From Candidatus Palauibacter sp. (lineage in GTDB: Bacteria > Gemmatimonadota > Gemmatimonadetes > Palauibacterales > Palauibacteraceae): 64,000 bases of DNA. Location: positions 2,880,185 through 2,944,184 of the forward strand of contig NZ_CBDBNY010000004.1 of assembly GCF_965208055.1 (NCBI RefSeq), written 5' to 3'. Position 1 is the stretch's first letter. Every line of letters begins with the position of its first letter. Both the position numbers and the translations under genes were made by a program. Under the pieces are notes generated by a model, which worked only from the letters and a program-made list of their open reading frames with translations, made no database searches and was not told the origin of the DNA. Of the stretch, positions 9,829-18,771 are shown in pieces.

Positions 9829-11118
9829 ATGAGCGAACCCGCCGCCAGCGAACCCGCCGCGCGCTCCCGCTCCAGCTTCTGGAGGAGCTTCGGCCCCGGC
9901 CTCATCTGGGCCGCGACCTCCATCGGGGTTTCCCACCTCGTGCAATCCACGCGGGCCGGGGCGGAGGCTGGGTTCGCCCTCGCCGGCGTGATCGTGGTCG
10001 CGCTCGTCCTCAAGTATCCCTTCTTCGAGTACGGGGCGCGCTACGCGGCGGCCACGCGGCGGAGCCTGGTCGAGGGCTACCGCGACATCGGCGGCTGGGC
10101 GCTGTGGCTCTTCCTCGCCATCACCCTCCTGACCGCGATCATCTCGCTCGCGGCGCTCGGGATGTTCATGGCCTTCCTCACGCGCTACGCCTTCGGCGCG
10201 GAGTGGCCTCTGGCGGCGACGGCGGCCGTGCTGATGGGCGCCTGCGTGGCGGTGCTCGCGGTGGGGCGTTTCCGCGGCCTCGACATCACGATCAAGATCC
10301 TGCTCGCGATGCTCGTCCTCTCGACCGTCGCGACCGCGCTGGTGGCGGCGCCGCGCGCCGACCTCTCGACGCTGGCGGTCTGGCCGGGCGACGTCGTCGG
10401 CACCGTCGTCCCCTTCGCTTTCCTCCTCGCCCTCATCGGGTGGATGCCCTCGCCCGTCGACGTCGCGGTGTGGAGCAGCCTGTGGACGCTCGCCAAGGAC
10501 AAGACGACGGGCGCGCAGACATCGGTCGCGGACGCGAGGCGCGACTTCCTGGTGGGCTTTGTCGGCACCGGCATCCTCGCCCTCATCTTCGTGTCGGTGG
10601 GCGCCACGGTCCTGTACCAGGCGGATGTCGCGCTCAGCGACGCCGGGGCCGTGTTCTCCACGCAACTCGTCGACATGTACAGCACGACGCTGGGCTCGTG
10701 GTCCCGTCCCATCGTGCTCGTGGCGGCGATGGCGACGATCTTCTCGAGCCTCCTCGCGGTCACGGACGGTTTCCCGCGGGCGATCGAGCGCACGCTGGCG
10801 AACCTGCGGGGGCGCGTCGCGGCGGAGACGGTGACCCGCGTGGGACGCGTCTACTGGTGGAGCATGGTCACGCTCCCCGCCATCGCCTTCTTCATCATCC
10901 TCGGCTTCTCCGGCAGCCTGACCGCGATGGTGGACTTCGCGACGACGGTCGCGTTCCTCACCGCGCCCATCCTCGGCTACTTCAACCTCCGCGCCGTGAC
11001 CTCGGAGGCGGTGCCGCCGGAGCACCGACCGGGCCGCGGCATGGTGACGCTGACCTGGGTGGGACTGGTCCTCCTCGGCGGGACCGGCCTCGCCTACCTC
11101 GCGTCGCTCCTGCGATGA
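9829..11118 (+). CDS. NRAMP-related divalent-cation transporter with non-canonical TM1/TM6 motifs.
   Basis: Start MSEPAASEP after a GGAGGAG RBS. The region GPGLIW..QSTRAGAEAGFAL..YPFFEYGARY..YRD fits the Nramp/MntH N-terminal architecture. The DPGN position reads SIGV and the MPH position reads MPS. Confidence 0.6.
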   Translation: MSEPAASEPAARSRSSFWRSFGPGLIWAATSIGVSHLVQSTRAGAEAGFALAGVIVVALVLKYPFFEYGARYAAATRRSLVEGYRDIGGWALWLFLAITLLTAIISLAALGMFMAFLTRYAFGAEWPLAATAAVLMGACVAVLAVGRFRGLDITIKILLAMLVLSTVATALVAAPRADLSTLAVWPGDVVGTVVPFAFLLALIGWMPSPVDVAVWSSLWTLAKDKTTGAQTSVADARRDFLVGFVGTGILALIFVSVGATVLYQADVALSDAGAVFSTQLVDMYSTTLGSWSRPIVLVAAMATIFSSLLAVTDGFPRAIERTLANLRGRVAAETVTRVGRVYWWSMVTLPAIAFFIILGFSGSLTAMVDFATTVAFLTAPILGYFNLRAVTSEAVPPEHRPGRGMVTLTWVGLVLLGGTGLAYLASLLR

Positions 11119-11990
11119 GCGCCCCCCCGGCCATGGACGGCGCGGCGGGGCCACGCGGCGAGGTGGTGGGGCGGATTGCGAGCCTCTACCGCTATCCCGT
11201 GAAGTCGATGGGGGGAGAACGCCTGGAGGCGGCTCGAATCACGGCGCGCGGGATGGAGGGCGACCGGGCCGGCGCGCTGGTGGACCGCGAGACCGGACGC
11301 GTGGTGAGCGCGAAACGGCCGCGGCTGTGGGGGGCGGTCTACGATCTTTCCGCGAGCTTCCACCGAGAGAACCAGGAGCATGGAGAGAACGGGTCCGCGG
11401 AGATCCGGGTCCGGTTCGAGGACGGCACGACGCTGTCGAGCGCTGCGCGCGGGCGGCTGGAGGCCCGCCTGAGCGCGCTCCTGGGCCGGGAAGTGGCGTT
11501 CGCGACGGAGGCGGCCGGCAGCGGGACGTGCGAGTACCACTGGCCGGACATGGAGGGACTCGTCCAGGACGGGCGGACATACCGCGACGAGATCACGGAG
11601 TGGGAACTGCCGCCCGGGACCTTCTTCGACAGTTCCGGCCTCCACGCCCTGACGACGGCGAGCCTCGACCATCTGCGGGGGCTCGCGCCGGGAAGCGATT
11701 TCCACGTTGGCCGCTTCCGGCCCAACCTCGTGATCGAACCCGTCGCCGGGGCGCGGGGCTTCGTCGAGAACGAGTGGGTGGGCGGCACGCTCCGGATCGG
11801 CGAGGCGCGCCTGCGGGTGACGAAGCCGTGCATGCGCTGCGTCATGGTCACGCTCCCGCTGGGAGATCTCCCGAAGGACCCGCGGGTGCTGCGCGCCGCC
11901 TTCGACCACAACGACGGGAACGTGGGCGTGAAGTGCGAGGTGGACGGGCCGGGCGCCGTCCGGGTCGGCGACGAGATCCGCCTCGGCTAG
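11115..11990 (+). CDS. MOSC domain-containing protein.
   Basis: Start MSAPPAMDG overlaps the upstream stop (ATGA). YRYPVKSMGGE and MOSC-like beta-barrel motifs are present. It is the last 292 codons of an otherwise shadow 1184-aa ORF. Confidence 0.7.
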   Translation: MSAPPAMDGAAGPRGEVVGRIASLYRYPVKSMGGERLEAARITARGMEGDRAGALVDRETGRVVSAKRPRLWGAVYDLSASFHRENQEHGENGSAEIRVRFEDGTTLSSAARGRLEARLSALLGREVAFATEAAGSGTCEYHWPDMEGLVQDGRTYRDEITEWELPPGTFFDSSGLHALTTASLDHLRGLAPGSDFHVGRFRPNLVIEPVAGARGFVENEWVGGTLRIGEARLRVTKPCMRCVMVTLPLGDLPKDPRVLRAAFDHNDGNVGVKCEVDGPGAVRVGDEIRLG

Positions 11991-12077
11991 CACGGCCCGC
12001 CGCACCGCCGGAGAAGGGAGTCGCCGCTGGAGCATTTCGGCGTCGTAAGCCTCGTACCGACGGCCGTCGTACTGGCC

Positions 12078-13382
12078 GTGGCAGTCTGGACGCGTCGGCC
12101 GGTGGAATCCCTCATCGCCGGGGCGCTCGTCGGGTTCGTGATCCTCGTGCCCCGGGATCCGCTCACCGCCTTCACCGACGGCATGGTCGCGGTCATGCAG
12201 AACGAGACCGTGGGCTGGATCATCCTCGTCTGCGCGCTCTTCGGCAGCCTCATCACCCTGCTTGTCCGGGTCGGCGCGGCGGCCCGCTTCGGCGACGCGG
12301 CCTCGGCGCGCATCCGCACGCGCGGCGGCTCGCTCGCCGTGACGTGGCTGCTCGGGCTCGCCGTCTTCATCGACGACTACCTGAACGTCCTCGCGGTCAG
12401 TTCCTCCGTGAAGCGGGTCACCGACCGGTATCGCGTGTCGCGCGAGATGCTGGCCTATGTCGTGGACTCGACCGCCGCGCCGGTGTGCATCCTCGTGCCG
12501 ATCTCGACGTGGGCCGCCTATTTCTCGGGCCTGCTCGAGGAGACGGGGTGGGCGGCGCCGGGCCGTGGCCTCGCCCTCTACATGGATGCGATCCCGTTCA
12601 TGCTCTACGCGTGGATCGCGGTGGTTCTGGCGGCCCTCGTCGGGATCGGCCTGGTCCCCGCCGTCGGCCCCATGCGCACGGCGGAGCGTCGCGCCCGGGA
12701 GACCGGGCAGGTGGTCCCGCCGGGCTTCGAGGAGGCGAGGCTCGAAGGCGAGACCGATCCGCGCGCCGCCGAGCGGGCGCGCCCGTGGCACTTCATCGTT
12801 CCGGTCGTCACGCTCGTGGCCGCCACCTGGTGGCTCGACCTCGACATCCTCAAGGGCGTCATCGTCGCGCTCGGCCTCACCCTCGTCATCTTCGTGGGCG
12901 CGAGACTCCTTCCGGTGCGCGCGGCGCTCGATACCGCCATGGCCGGGGTGCTCACGATGATCGTCCCCTTGGCGACAGTGTTCGGCGGCTTCCTCCTCAA
13001 GGAAGTGAACGACGGACTCGGGCTCACCGCCTACCTCATCCAGACGGTCGAACCGCTGATGACGCCGCGGCTGCTCCCGGCCGTCACCTTCCTCACGATG
13101 TCGCTCGTCGCGTTCGCCACGGCGTCGTTCTGGGGCATCTTCGCGGTGGCGGTCCCGATCGTGCTGCCGCTCGCGGCCTCGGTGGGGGCGGAGATGCCGC
13201 TCGTAATCGGGGCGCTCATCTCCGCCAGCGCGTTCGGCAGCCACGCCTGCTTCTACGGCGACTCGACCGTGCTGGCGTCCCGGGGCGCTGGCTGCGGGGT
13301 GGTCGAGCATGCGCTGACCCAACTCCCCTACGCGCTCCTCGCCGCAGCGCTGGCCACCGGAGGGTTCCTCCTCCTCGCTTGA
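12078..13382 (+). CDS. Na+/H+ antiporter NhaC-family membrane protein.
   Basis: FIDDYLNVLAV...RVSREMLAYVVDSTAAPV matches NhaC signatures. There are multiple TM helices. The start may lie up to about 17 codons upstream (CTG/GTG candidates at 12027-12066). Confidence 0.65.
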   Translation: MAVWTRRPVESLIAGALVGFVILVPRDPLTAFTDGMVAVMQNETVGWIILVCALFGSLITLLVRVGAAARFGDAASARIRTRGGSLAVTWLLGLAVFIDDYLNVLAVSSSVKRVTDRYRVSREMLAYVVDSTAAPVCILVPISTWAAYFSGLLEETGWAAPGRGLALYMDAIPFMLYAWIAVVLAALVGIGLVPAVGPMRTAERRARETGQVVPPGFEEARLEGETDPRAAERARPWHFIVPVVTLVAATWWLDLDILKGVIVALGLTLVIFVGARLLPVRAALDTAMAGVLTMIVPLATVFGGFLLKEVNDGLGLTAYLIQTVEPLMTPRLLPAVTFLTMSLVAFATASFWGIFAVAVPIVLPLAASVGAEMPLVIGALISASAFGSHACFYGDSTVLASRGAGCGVVEHALTQLPYALLAAALATGGFLLLA

Positions 13383-13606
13383 TCCCGTCGCGCGCCGCGG
13401 CCCCTTCGCCGCCCCCCTCAGCGGCGATGCCCCTTCGCCGTCCGGAGTCTGACCCGACCCGCCGTATCCGTAGAGTCCGCATGGGTTTCCGACGATTCCT
13501 CCGCGCTCCAAGCGCAACAGGTCATCGACGCCGCGAACGTAGTTTGGCCCTCGGGCGGGATATACATGGTAGGGGGGTACGTTTCGCGTGGCCCAAGGAG
13601 GTTCGG

Positions 13607-14071
13607 ATGATCGAGATCCTGGCGGACTCGCCAGACGACGGGGCGCTCATCGCAAGAGCCATCGGCAGCGACACACGGGTCGTGAACAATTCCGTTCGGT
13701 TCGCGAACGGCGGCGCCCACGCCGAGTGTCGGATCCTGGGTTGCCGCCATCCGATTCGGGCGGAGCGAATCGAACTCCTGCGAAAGATCGAGCGTGACGC
13801 GCCGTGGGTTCCCGTCATCCTCGTGACGGATCACACGCCCGACCTTGCTCACCGACTGCGCGATATCAGGGTGGCGGCCGTCGTCTGGTACGCCGACGTT
13901 CGAACCGAACTCAAGCCCCGGATCGTCGCCGTCAAGCGATCGGTCCCGCTCCTGCGCCTGGCGAAACAGGTGGAGGAGGCGAAACTGCCTCCTGCCCTTC
14001 GATCCGGACTGGCGTACAGATACTGGAACTCTCGACGACCCCGGTGGTATGGCGGCGCGCTGTGCCGGTGA
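13607..14071 (+). CDS. Hypothetical protein with a receiver-like (pseudo-receiver) fold and no obvious phospho-acceptor Asp.
   Basis: Strong AAGGAGG RBS 7 nt upstream. The product MIEILADSPDDG...ECRILGC...PVILVTDH...AVVWYAD resembles the CheY beta1/beta3/beta4/beta5 layout. First gene of the lower-GC island. Confidence 0.4.
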   Translation: MIEILADSPDDGALIARAIGSDTRVVNNSVRFANGGAHAECRILGCRHPIRAERIELLRKIERDAPWVPVILVTDHTPDLAHRLRDIRVAAVVWYADVRTELKPRIVAVKRSVPLLRLAKQVEEAKLPPALRSGLAYRYWNSRRPRWYGGALCR

Positions 14072-14144
14072 TCTTCTTGGCAACCGACCGACGAGGAGCC
14101 GCCGCACCGCAGACGCAACGGGACTTCATCGCGAGGAGGGACGG

Positions 14145-14669
14145 ATGATTGCCGCCCACGCGAGCATCTGGGCACCCGGTAAGTCGCAGTGCCTGAAGGC
14201 TACGTTGTCGGCAGCTGTTCTGGTCTCGCTGATCGGATGCCACGGGGCGTTCGCGCAGGGTGAAGCTGGCACGTGGGAGGAGCGGGCAAGCGACATCATC
14301 GCCGCGGCGGATCGGCGAGTCGAAGACGCAACGACTGTATATTGGGTCATATCGCAGTCGGCATCAACAATTTGCTCCGATTACCTCTATTACGTGCGCT
14401 ACTTCGCATCGCGTACTACAGATTATAAACATGTGATCATTACGGATTTCGATGAGAATACTCTCCGCAGCCAACTCAGAAAAGCTCGTATAGATGCGAC
14501 GGTTATCGCCGTGCCCCATGTGCTTCCCTCCAACGCGATGCTAGTCGTCGCAGCGGGTACCGGCATGCAGCCCTTGGCGGTCCGATTTGTTGCTGGCACC
14601 GACGCCTCGCGGCACCCCAACCGCGTGTCGGAGATGGTCGCCAATCTTCTCGGCGAGGTCGCTGAATGA
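14145..14669 (+). CDS. Hypothetical lipoprotein.
   Basis: GAGGAGG RBS. The lipobox LVSLIGC follows MIAAHASIWAPGKSQCLKATLSAAV. This is a markedly AT-richer stretch (14300-14500). Its stop overlaps the next start (ATGA). Confidence 0.45.
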   Translation: MIAAHASIWAPGKSQCLKATLSAAVLVSLIGCHGAFAQGEAGTWEERASDIIAAADRRVEDATTVYWVISQSASTICSDYLYYVRYFASRTTDYKHVIITDFDENTLRSQLRKARIDATVIAVPHVLPSNAMLVVAAGTGMQPLAVRFVAGTDASRHPNRVSEMVANLLGEVAE

Positions 14670-15781
14670 TGCGGCTCGTGAGCCGCCCCGGCGAGCTCAT
14701 CTCGGGTGCGGCCATCGTCGTGTTGGCATTGGCGTTGGCGTCGACCCGCGGTGCGGATGGACACACAGAACCTGCGGGAGAAACGACAGCTGGTTGTCGC
14801 GCAGACGTACCAGCAATCGGAACTACGTTCTTCGAGGCGCGTCGTGTCGATCTGCAGGATCTGGACACGGCGAGGCTGGTGACGCCGAGCGTCATCGATA
14901 TCTCGCCATCGGGCAACCACATTCTCATAGGAGACCGCGACGATTACGACGTGAAACTGTTTGATCGCGGCGGCCGCTTGATTAGCGTCATCGCAACGCG
15001 CGGGGAGCAACCCGGACAGGTGTTTATTCTGGATGGCGCGGCCTTTCGCAATGATTCAATGGTCATGATCGCGGACGCCGGGCGGATGCAGTTGATGGAA
15101 TTCGATCTGCAGGGCAAGCTGGTCGCCGAAACGCATCTTCCGGTACGACCGATCACCTCCGTCCAAGTGTTGGACCAAAGCGTGCTCGTCGGAGGAAGGT
15201 CTCCTCCCACGCTCGCGGACCCAAGAGCCAGGGGGGTTCATGTGCTGGATTCCGAGGGGAGTATTTCCCAGTCCCTCGGCTCCCAACCCTTGGCATCGGT
15301 CGGCGGCGTGTCAAGATACTTGGCCGCGACCGCGCCGTTCTTCCATGTCACAAGTGGCGGCCGTGACTCCATCGCGGTGGCTTGGCGCCTGACGAACAAC
15401 GTCGAGGTTTTCGATCTGGTCTCTGGAGGATCCCGAACATTCCGCATCGGAGGGGGACCAGGGTACGTGGACCCCGACACGCTACTTCACCGCCTTGGCC
15501 CCGAGGGGCAGTCGGATGTGTTGAACCGATCAAGTCCCATCGTCGGTCTCTTCACGGCTGCGGGTTACATCATCGTCGCATATTTTTCGCCGGCAACGGG
15601 GAGCGACAACCTGCGTTATCTTGTTTATGATCGATCCGGTACGCTCGTGGAATTTATCGACGATCCACCACTCGTACTAGGAGTGCATGCGGACTCCTTG
15701 CTCGCGATCGGACGATCATCGGAGAGCGAGAATGGACGGTACGCGGTCCGCATTTTCGCGCCGTGTGTAACCAAGTCATAA
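14666..15781 (+). CDS. Secreted NHL-repeat 6-bladed beta-propeller protein.
   Basis: Signal peptide MMRLVSRPGELISGAAIVVLALALAS. NHL-like units include DYDVKLFDRGGRLISVIATRGEQPGQV. Paralogous in fold to the 16297 gene. Confidence 0.55.
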   Translation: MMRLVSRPGELISGAAIVVLALALASTRGADGHTEPAGETTAGCRADVPAIGTTFFEARRVDLQDLDTARLVTPSVIDISPSGNHILIGDRDDYDVKLFDRGGRLISVIATRGEQPGQVFILDGAAFRNDSMVMIADAGRMQLMEFDLQGKLVAETHLPVRPITSVQVLDQSVLVGGRSPPTLADPRARGVHVLDSEGSISQSLGSQPLASVGGVSRYLAATAPFFHVTSGGRDSIAVAWRLTNNVEVFDLVSGGSRTFRIGGGPGYVDPDTLLHRLGPEGQSDVLNRSSPIVGLFTAAGYIIVAYFSPATGSDNLRYLVYDRSGTLVEFIDDPPLVLGVHADSLLAIGRSSESENGRYAVRIFAPCVTKS

Positions 15782-15792
15782 GATCAAGGAGC

Positions 15793-16020
15793 ATGACTGT
15801 GAAGAAACGACACTCGAAGTTGCGTCTGAGGCTCGCACTCGTGCTGATCGCGGCGTTGGCCGGAACTGCCGGAGCATCCCCCACACCTGCCAGTCAGGAC
15901 GCGATGGAAGTCTTGTTGTGCAAGTACGACGCGGAGGAAGATGCGCAGCGGTGCCGCGTTGTCGAAGTGCGGTGCGCGCCAAACTGCTTTACGGGTTTCT
16001 GCTGTATGTATATAGATTAG
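15793..16020 (+). CDS. Secreted cysteine-rich mini-protein 1 (precursor 75 aa; predicted mature ~48 aa with 6 Cys).
   Basis: AAGGA RBS 3 nt before the ATG. Signal peptide MTVKKRHSKLRLRLALVLIAALAGTAGA. Mature part ...CKYDAEEDAQRCRVVEVRCAPNCFTGFCCMYID has a C-x6-C-x3-C-x4-CC C-terminus. Confidence 0.5.
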   Translation: MTVKKRHSKLRLRLALVLIAALAGTAGASPTPASQDAMEVLLCKYDAEEDAQRCRVVEVRCAPNCFTGFCCMYID

Positions 16021-16066
16021 CTTCAGCACTGATCGATTTCGACGCCACCAGGAAGAAAGGTTTACA

Positions 16067-16315
16067 GTGATGTCAGACCAACGGAGGCCACGCCGCTCGA
16101 TCTGGACGTCCGTGCTAACTGCGGTCGTGGTGGTCGGCGCGCTCTGTGCTCCGCAACTCGGCAAGCCGGGGCATGCGCAAGAAGATGATGGGGGGCCACC
16201 CGACGATTCGTACCAAGCGCTCAAGGCCATCCACTGCGACCTTGATGGCTGTGAGGTTCTCGGCTACTACTGCTTGCGAAGGTGCTGGGCGGCTCCATGC
16301 TGTGTCGACGCGTAG
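16067..16315 (+). CDS. Secreted cysteine-rich mini-protein 2 (paralog; 82 aa precursor with 6 Cys in the mature part).
   Basis: AGGAAGAAAGG RBS. GTG/ATG start at 16067/16070. Signal peptide ...VLTAVVVVGALCAPQLGKPGHAQ. Mature part ...HCDLDGCEVLGYYCLRRCWAAPCCVDA shares the C-x6-C-x3-C-x4-CC framework with peptide 1. Confidence 0.5.
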   Translation: MMSDQRRPRRSIWTSVLTAVVVVGALCAPQLGKPGHAQEDDGGPPDDSYQALKAIHCDLDGCEVLGYYCLRRCWAAPCCVDA

Positions 16316-17469
16316 GCTCTTCGTTCCTTCTCGACGAAACTAACCTGTTGCGGACACTGACCCTCGTGGCGGCAGGGGCCACGGCCGCGTCCGGGTGTGG
16401 GATGCCTGCGAACTCGGACGAGGATCGGGAGCTGGCGTGGACTCTGACGCCGGAACTCCGGCTGGGATCACAGTCCGGTCGCGACGCGCTGCATCGCGTG
16501 TCAGCCCGATCGACGACGGTGGGACCTGACGGGTCGTTCTACGTTCTCGACAAGGGCAACTACCGGGTCGTGAAGTTCGATGCGGAGGGGGGATATGTCC
16601 GCGAGTTCGGATCGAGAGGCGAGGGGCGGAGCGAGTTCGCCTACCCGATGGCCCTGCTCGGACCTCGGGGAGATACGTTGAGCATTCTGGACGGTCCTTC
16701 GCTGTCTCACAAGCTCTTCACAACCGCGGGAGACTTCCTGGAGGCGCGGCGTATTCCCCAATCCACAGCCAGTGAAGACCAGCGGGATACGTCGGACGGC
16801 ATTGTTCTCGTGGAGATATTTGGCTATCGCAGTCGCAGCGCGGAGGTGACGGACCGCCTCGTATTGATTCGTGATCGCGGCGACACCATCACGCTGGCCG
16901 ACCAAACCAGGGCGTCATCGGGTACATACACCATTCCGGTGTGCAACTACACCATTCCGGCAGAGCCCCTATTCAGGCATGTCCTGTGGTGGGATGCGGC
17001 CGGTGATCTGATTGCCGCGACCCAGAACGCCGACTACTCGGTGCATGTGTTCAACCGTGGCCGGTTGGTGCAGGAATTGAAGCGGGCGATTCCGCCCGCC
17101 CCGATCACGGAGGTGGTGGCGCGCGCCGAAGTTGGGGACGGATCTACATGGAGCGTGGCGGGCCGCGCCTGCACGGCTGATCCCGAGGATGAACTGGATG
17201 CTCGGGGGTTTGAGGACTTCCGGCAGGTGATCACCGGGATCCGCGTGGACCCGACCGGTTGGATCTGGGTCCGGCGCCACGCCGCGCCGCCGGGCGAGGA
17301 GGACCGACACAGAATCGATGTCTTCGATTCGGCCGGGGGGTTTCACGGCACGCTCCCGGCAGACACGCCGTGGCCGGGCATGTTCACGCCGGACGGTCGA
17401 GTCGTGCGCCGCGAATTGGACGAATTCGACGTGGAGTATCTCGTCGTGTACCGCATCGACAGAAACTAG
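16297..17469 (+). CDS. NHL-repeat beta-propeller lipoprotein.
   Basis: The start is either ATG 16297 or GTG 16282 and overlaps the 3' end of peptide 2. Lipobox-like LVAAGATAASGC. NHL units include YRVVKFDAEGGYVREFGSRGEGRSEF. Confidence 0.55.
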   Translation: MLCRRVGSSFLLDETNLLRTLTLVAAGATAASGCGMPANSDEDRELAWTLTPELRLGSQSGRDALHRVSARSTTVGPDGSFYVLDKGNYRVVKFDAEGGYVREFGSRGEGRSEFAYPMALLGPRGDTLSILDGPSLSHKLFTTAGDFLEARRIPQSTASEDQRDTSDGIVLVEIFGYRSRSAEVTDRLVLIRDRGDTITLADQTRASSGTYTIPVCNYTIPAEPLFRHVLWWDAAGDLIAATQNADYSVHVFNRGRLVQELKRAIPPAPITEVVARAEVGDGSTWSVAGRACTADPEDELDARGFEDFRQVITGIRVDPTGWIWVRRHAAPPGEEDRHRIDVFDSAGGFHGTLPADTPWPGMFTPDGRVVRRELDEFDVEYLVVYRIDRN

Positions 17470-17632
17470 GGCGAGCCTCGATTCCGTCCGGATCATTTCG
17501 AGCGAAAATCCAGTGCAGATGGTTCTGTGACCCATGATCACCTGAGGGCGTCTCGTATCCGGGTACACGCAGGTCAACCAGGGGGAGGTTGGAACGAAAC
17601 GGCGGACATCTGTTGCCGACGGATCTGATGCG

Positions 17633-18727
17633 ATGCCAGTCGAGGTGCAACCTCGTCCTGATCTGGACGCGGTAGCTCTGCGTAACGCGTCAGGACGGCT
17701 GGCCTGCGCGATCGTTGCGCTTCTCGGATTCGGGAACGGGGTGCCGGGGCTTGCCGGTCAGGAGCCGGATTGCGGTGGGCGGGCCGTCATGCGTGTGATG
17801 GTGCTGGACGAGTCCGGGATGATGCCCATTCCGGGGGCGACGGTGGTGCTTCGCTGGACGGACACGGACGCCGTTCGGAGGCCGATGCGGCAAGAGGTCG
17901 ACCTCCAGGGCAGTGTGCGGATCTGCGCCCCAGGCGACGCCAGACGCGCGACGCTGTGGGCGGAATTGGGCGATATCTCGAGCAGGCAGCGGTCGGTCGA
18001 ACTTGAGCCCGGCATGTCGCGGGATGTGGAACTGCGACTGCTGCTGGAGTCGGCAGCGACCGGGCGCTTGATCGGACTGGTGCAAGACGCGCGGACGGAC
18101 CGTCCGGTGGCGGCGGTCGCGGTGTCGCTCGGGGGGCGCACGGTGGCCGAGACCAACCGGAGCGGCCAGTTCATCCTCAGCGGCGTGCCGGTGGGGATCC
18201 ACGAACTCTCCGTGCGGCGGCTTGGCTACGCGCCGCTCGTACACCCGGTCGTGGTGTCCAAGGGCGTCACCACGGACCTGGAGCTTGGTCTGGTTCCCGA
18301 CCCGCTGGAGATGGAGCCCCTGGTGGCGATGGCGACGCGGTCGCGCCGCCTGGAGGTCAAGGGCTTCTACGAGCGCAATTACTGGGGCGAACGCATTGGC
18401 GGCAGCACGTTCTACACGGCGAAGGACATCGAGCGCCGGCGTCCGATCCGCATCTCACACATGATCGCCGAAGAACCGTCGATCCGACTCGACTGCTCCG
18501 GTCGTCGCTGCAGGCTGGTGAGCACGCGGGCGTCGCTGGGGTTCCGGGGACGCCCCTGCGGGGTGAGCGTCTACCTCGATGGCATCTCGGTGGGCCGCGA
18601 CCTGGATGAATTCGTGAAACCCCTCGAGATCGCGGGCGTCGAAATCTACAGGGGAGCGGCGTCGCTGGCGGCGGAGTTCGGGGGGTCGGGTTCACGCTGC
18701 GGAGTCGTCGCGGTCTGGACCAAGTAG
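17633..18727 (+). CDS. CarboxypepD_reg-like domain plus TonB-dependent-receptor plug domain protein with no beta-barrel.
   Basis: 364 aa with an N-terminal hydrophobic leader. GRLIGLVQDARTDRPVAAVAVSLGG..SGVPVG is a carboxypeptidase-regulatory-like fold. The C-terminal ...IEIYRGAASLAAEFGGSGSRCGVVAVWTK is a typical plug-domain ending. Confidence 0.55.
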   Translation: MPVEVQPRPDLDAVALRNASGRLACAIVALLGFGNGVPGLAGQEPDCGGRAVMRVMVLDESGMMPIPGATVVLRWTDTDAVRRPMRQEVDLQGSVRICAPGDARRATLWAELGDISSRQRSVELEPGMSRDVELRLLLESAATGRLIGLVQDARTDRPVAAVAVSLGGRTVAETNRSGQFILSGVPVGIHELSVRRLGYAPLVHPVVVSKGVTTDLELGLVPDPLEMEPLVAMATRSRRLEVKGFYERNYWGERIGGSTFYTAKDIERRRPIRISHMIAEEPSIRLDCSGRRCRLVSTRASLGFRGRPCGVSVYLDGISVGRDLDEFVKPLEIAGVEIYRGAASLAAEFGGSGSRCGVVAVWTK

Positions 18728-18771
18728 GCTCGCCCCCGCGCGGAGGGTTCCTCCTCCTGGCTTGATGCGGG

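Noticed and set aside
8436-11114. Upstream 890 codons of the 1184-aa plus ORF, and the minus ORFs 8611-11154 and 11094-13517.
   Set aside because: Shadow frames across the M14, NRAMP-like, MOSC and NhaC genes, with extreme R/G/P/D composition. Only the terminal MOSC segment (11115-11990) has protein-like sequence.
11327-13606. The 914-aa plus ORF spanning the NhaC gene in another frame.
   Set aside because: Low-complexity shadow. Only its last 154 codons (13607-14071, with its own strong RBS) look like a gene.
13390-13606. A possible sigma70 promoter (ttggcc ... tataca) upstream of the pseudo-receiver gene.
   Set aside because: Spacer length is wrong (~11 nt). Promoter consensus in this high-GC lineage is unknown. 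Not reportable.
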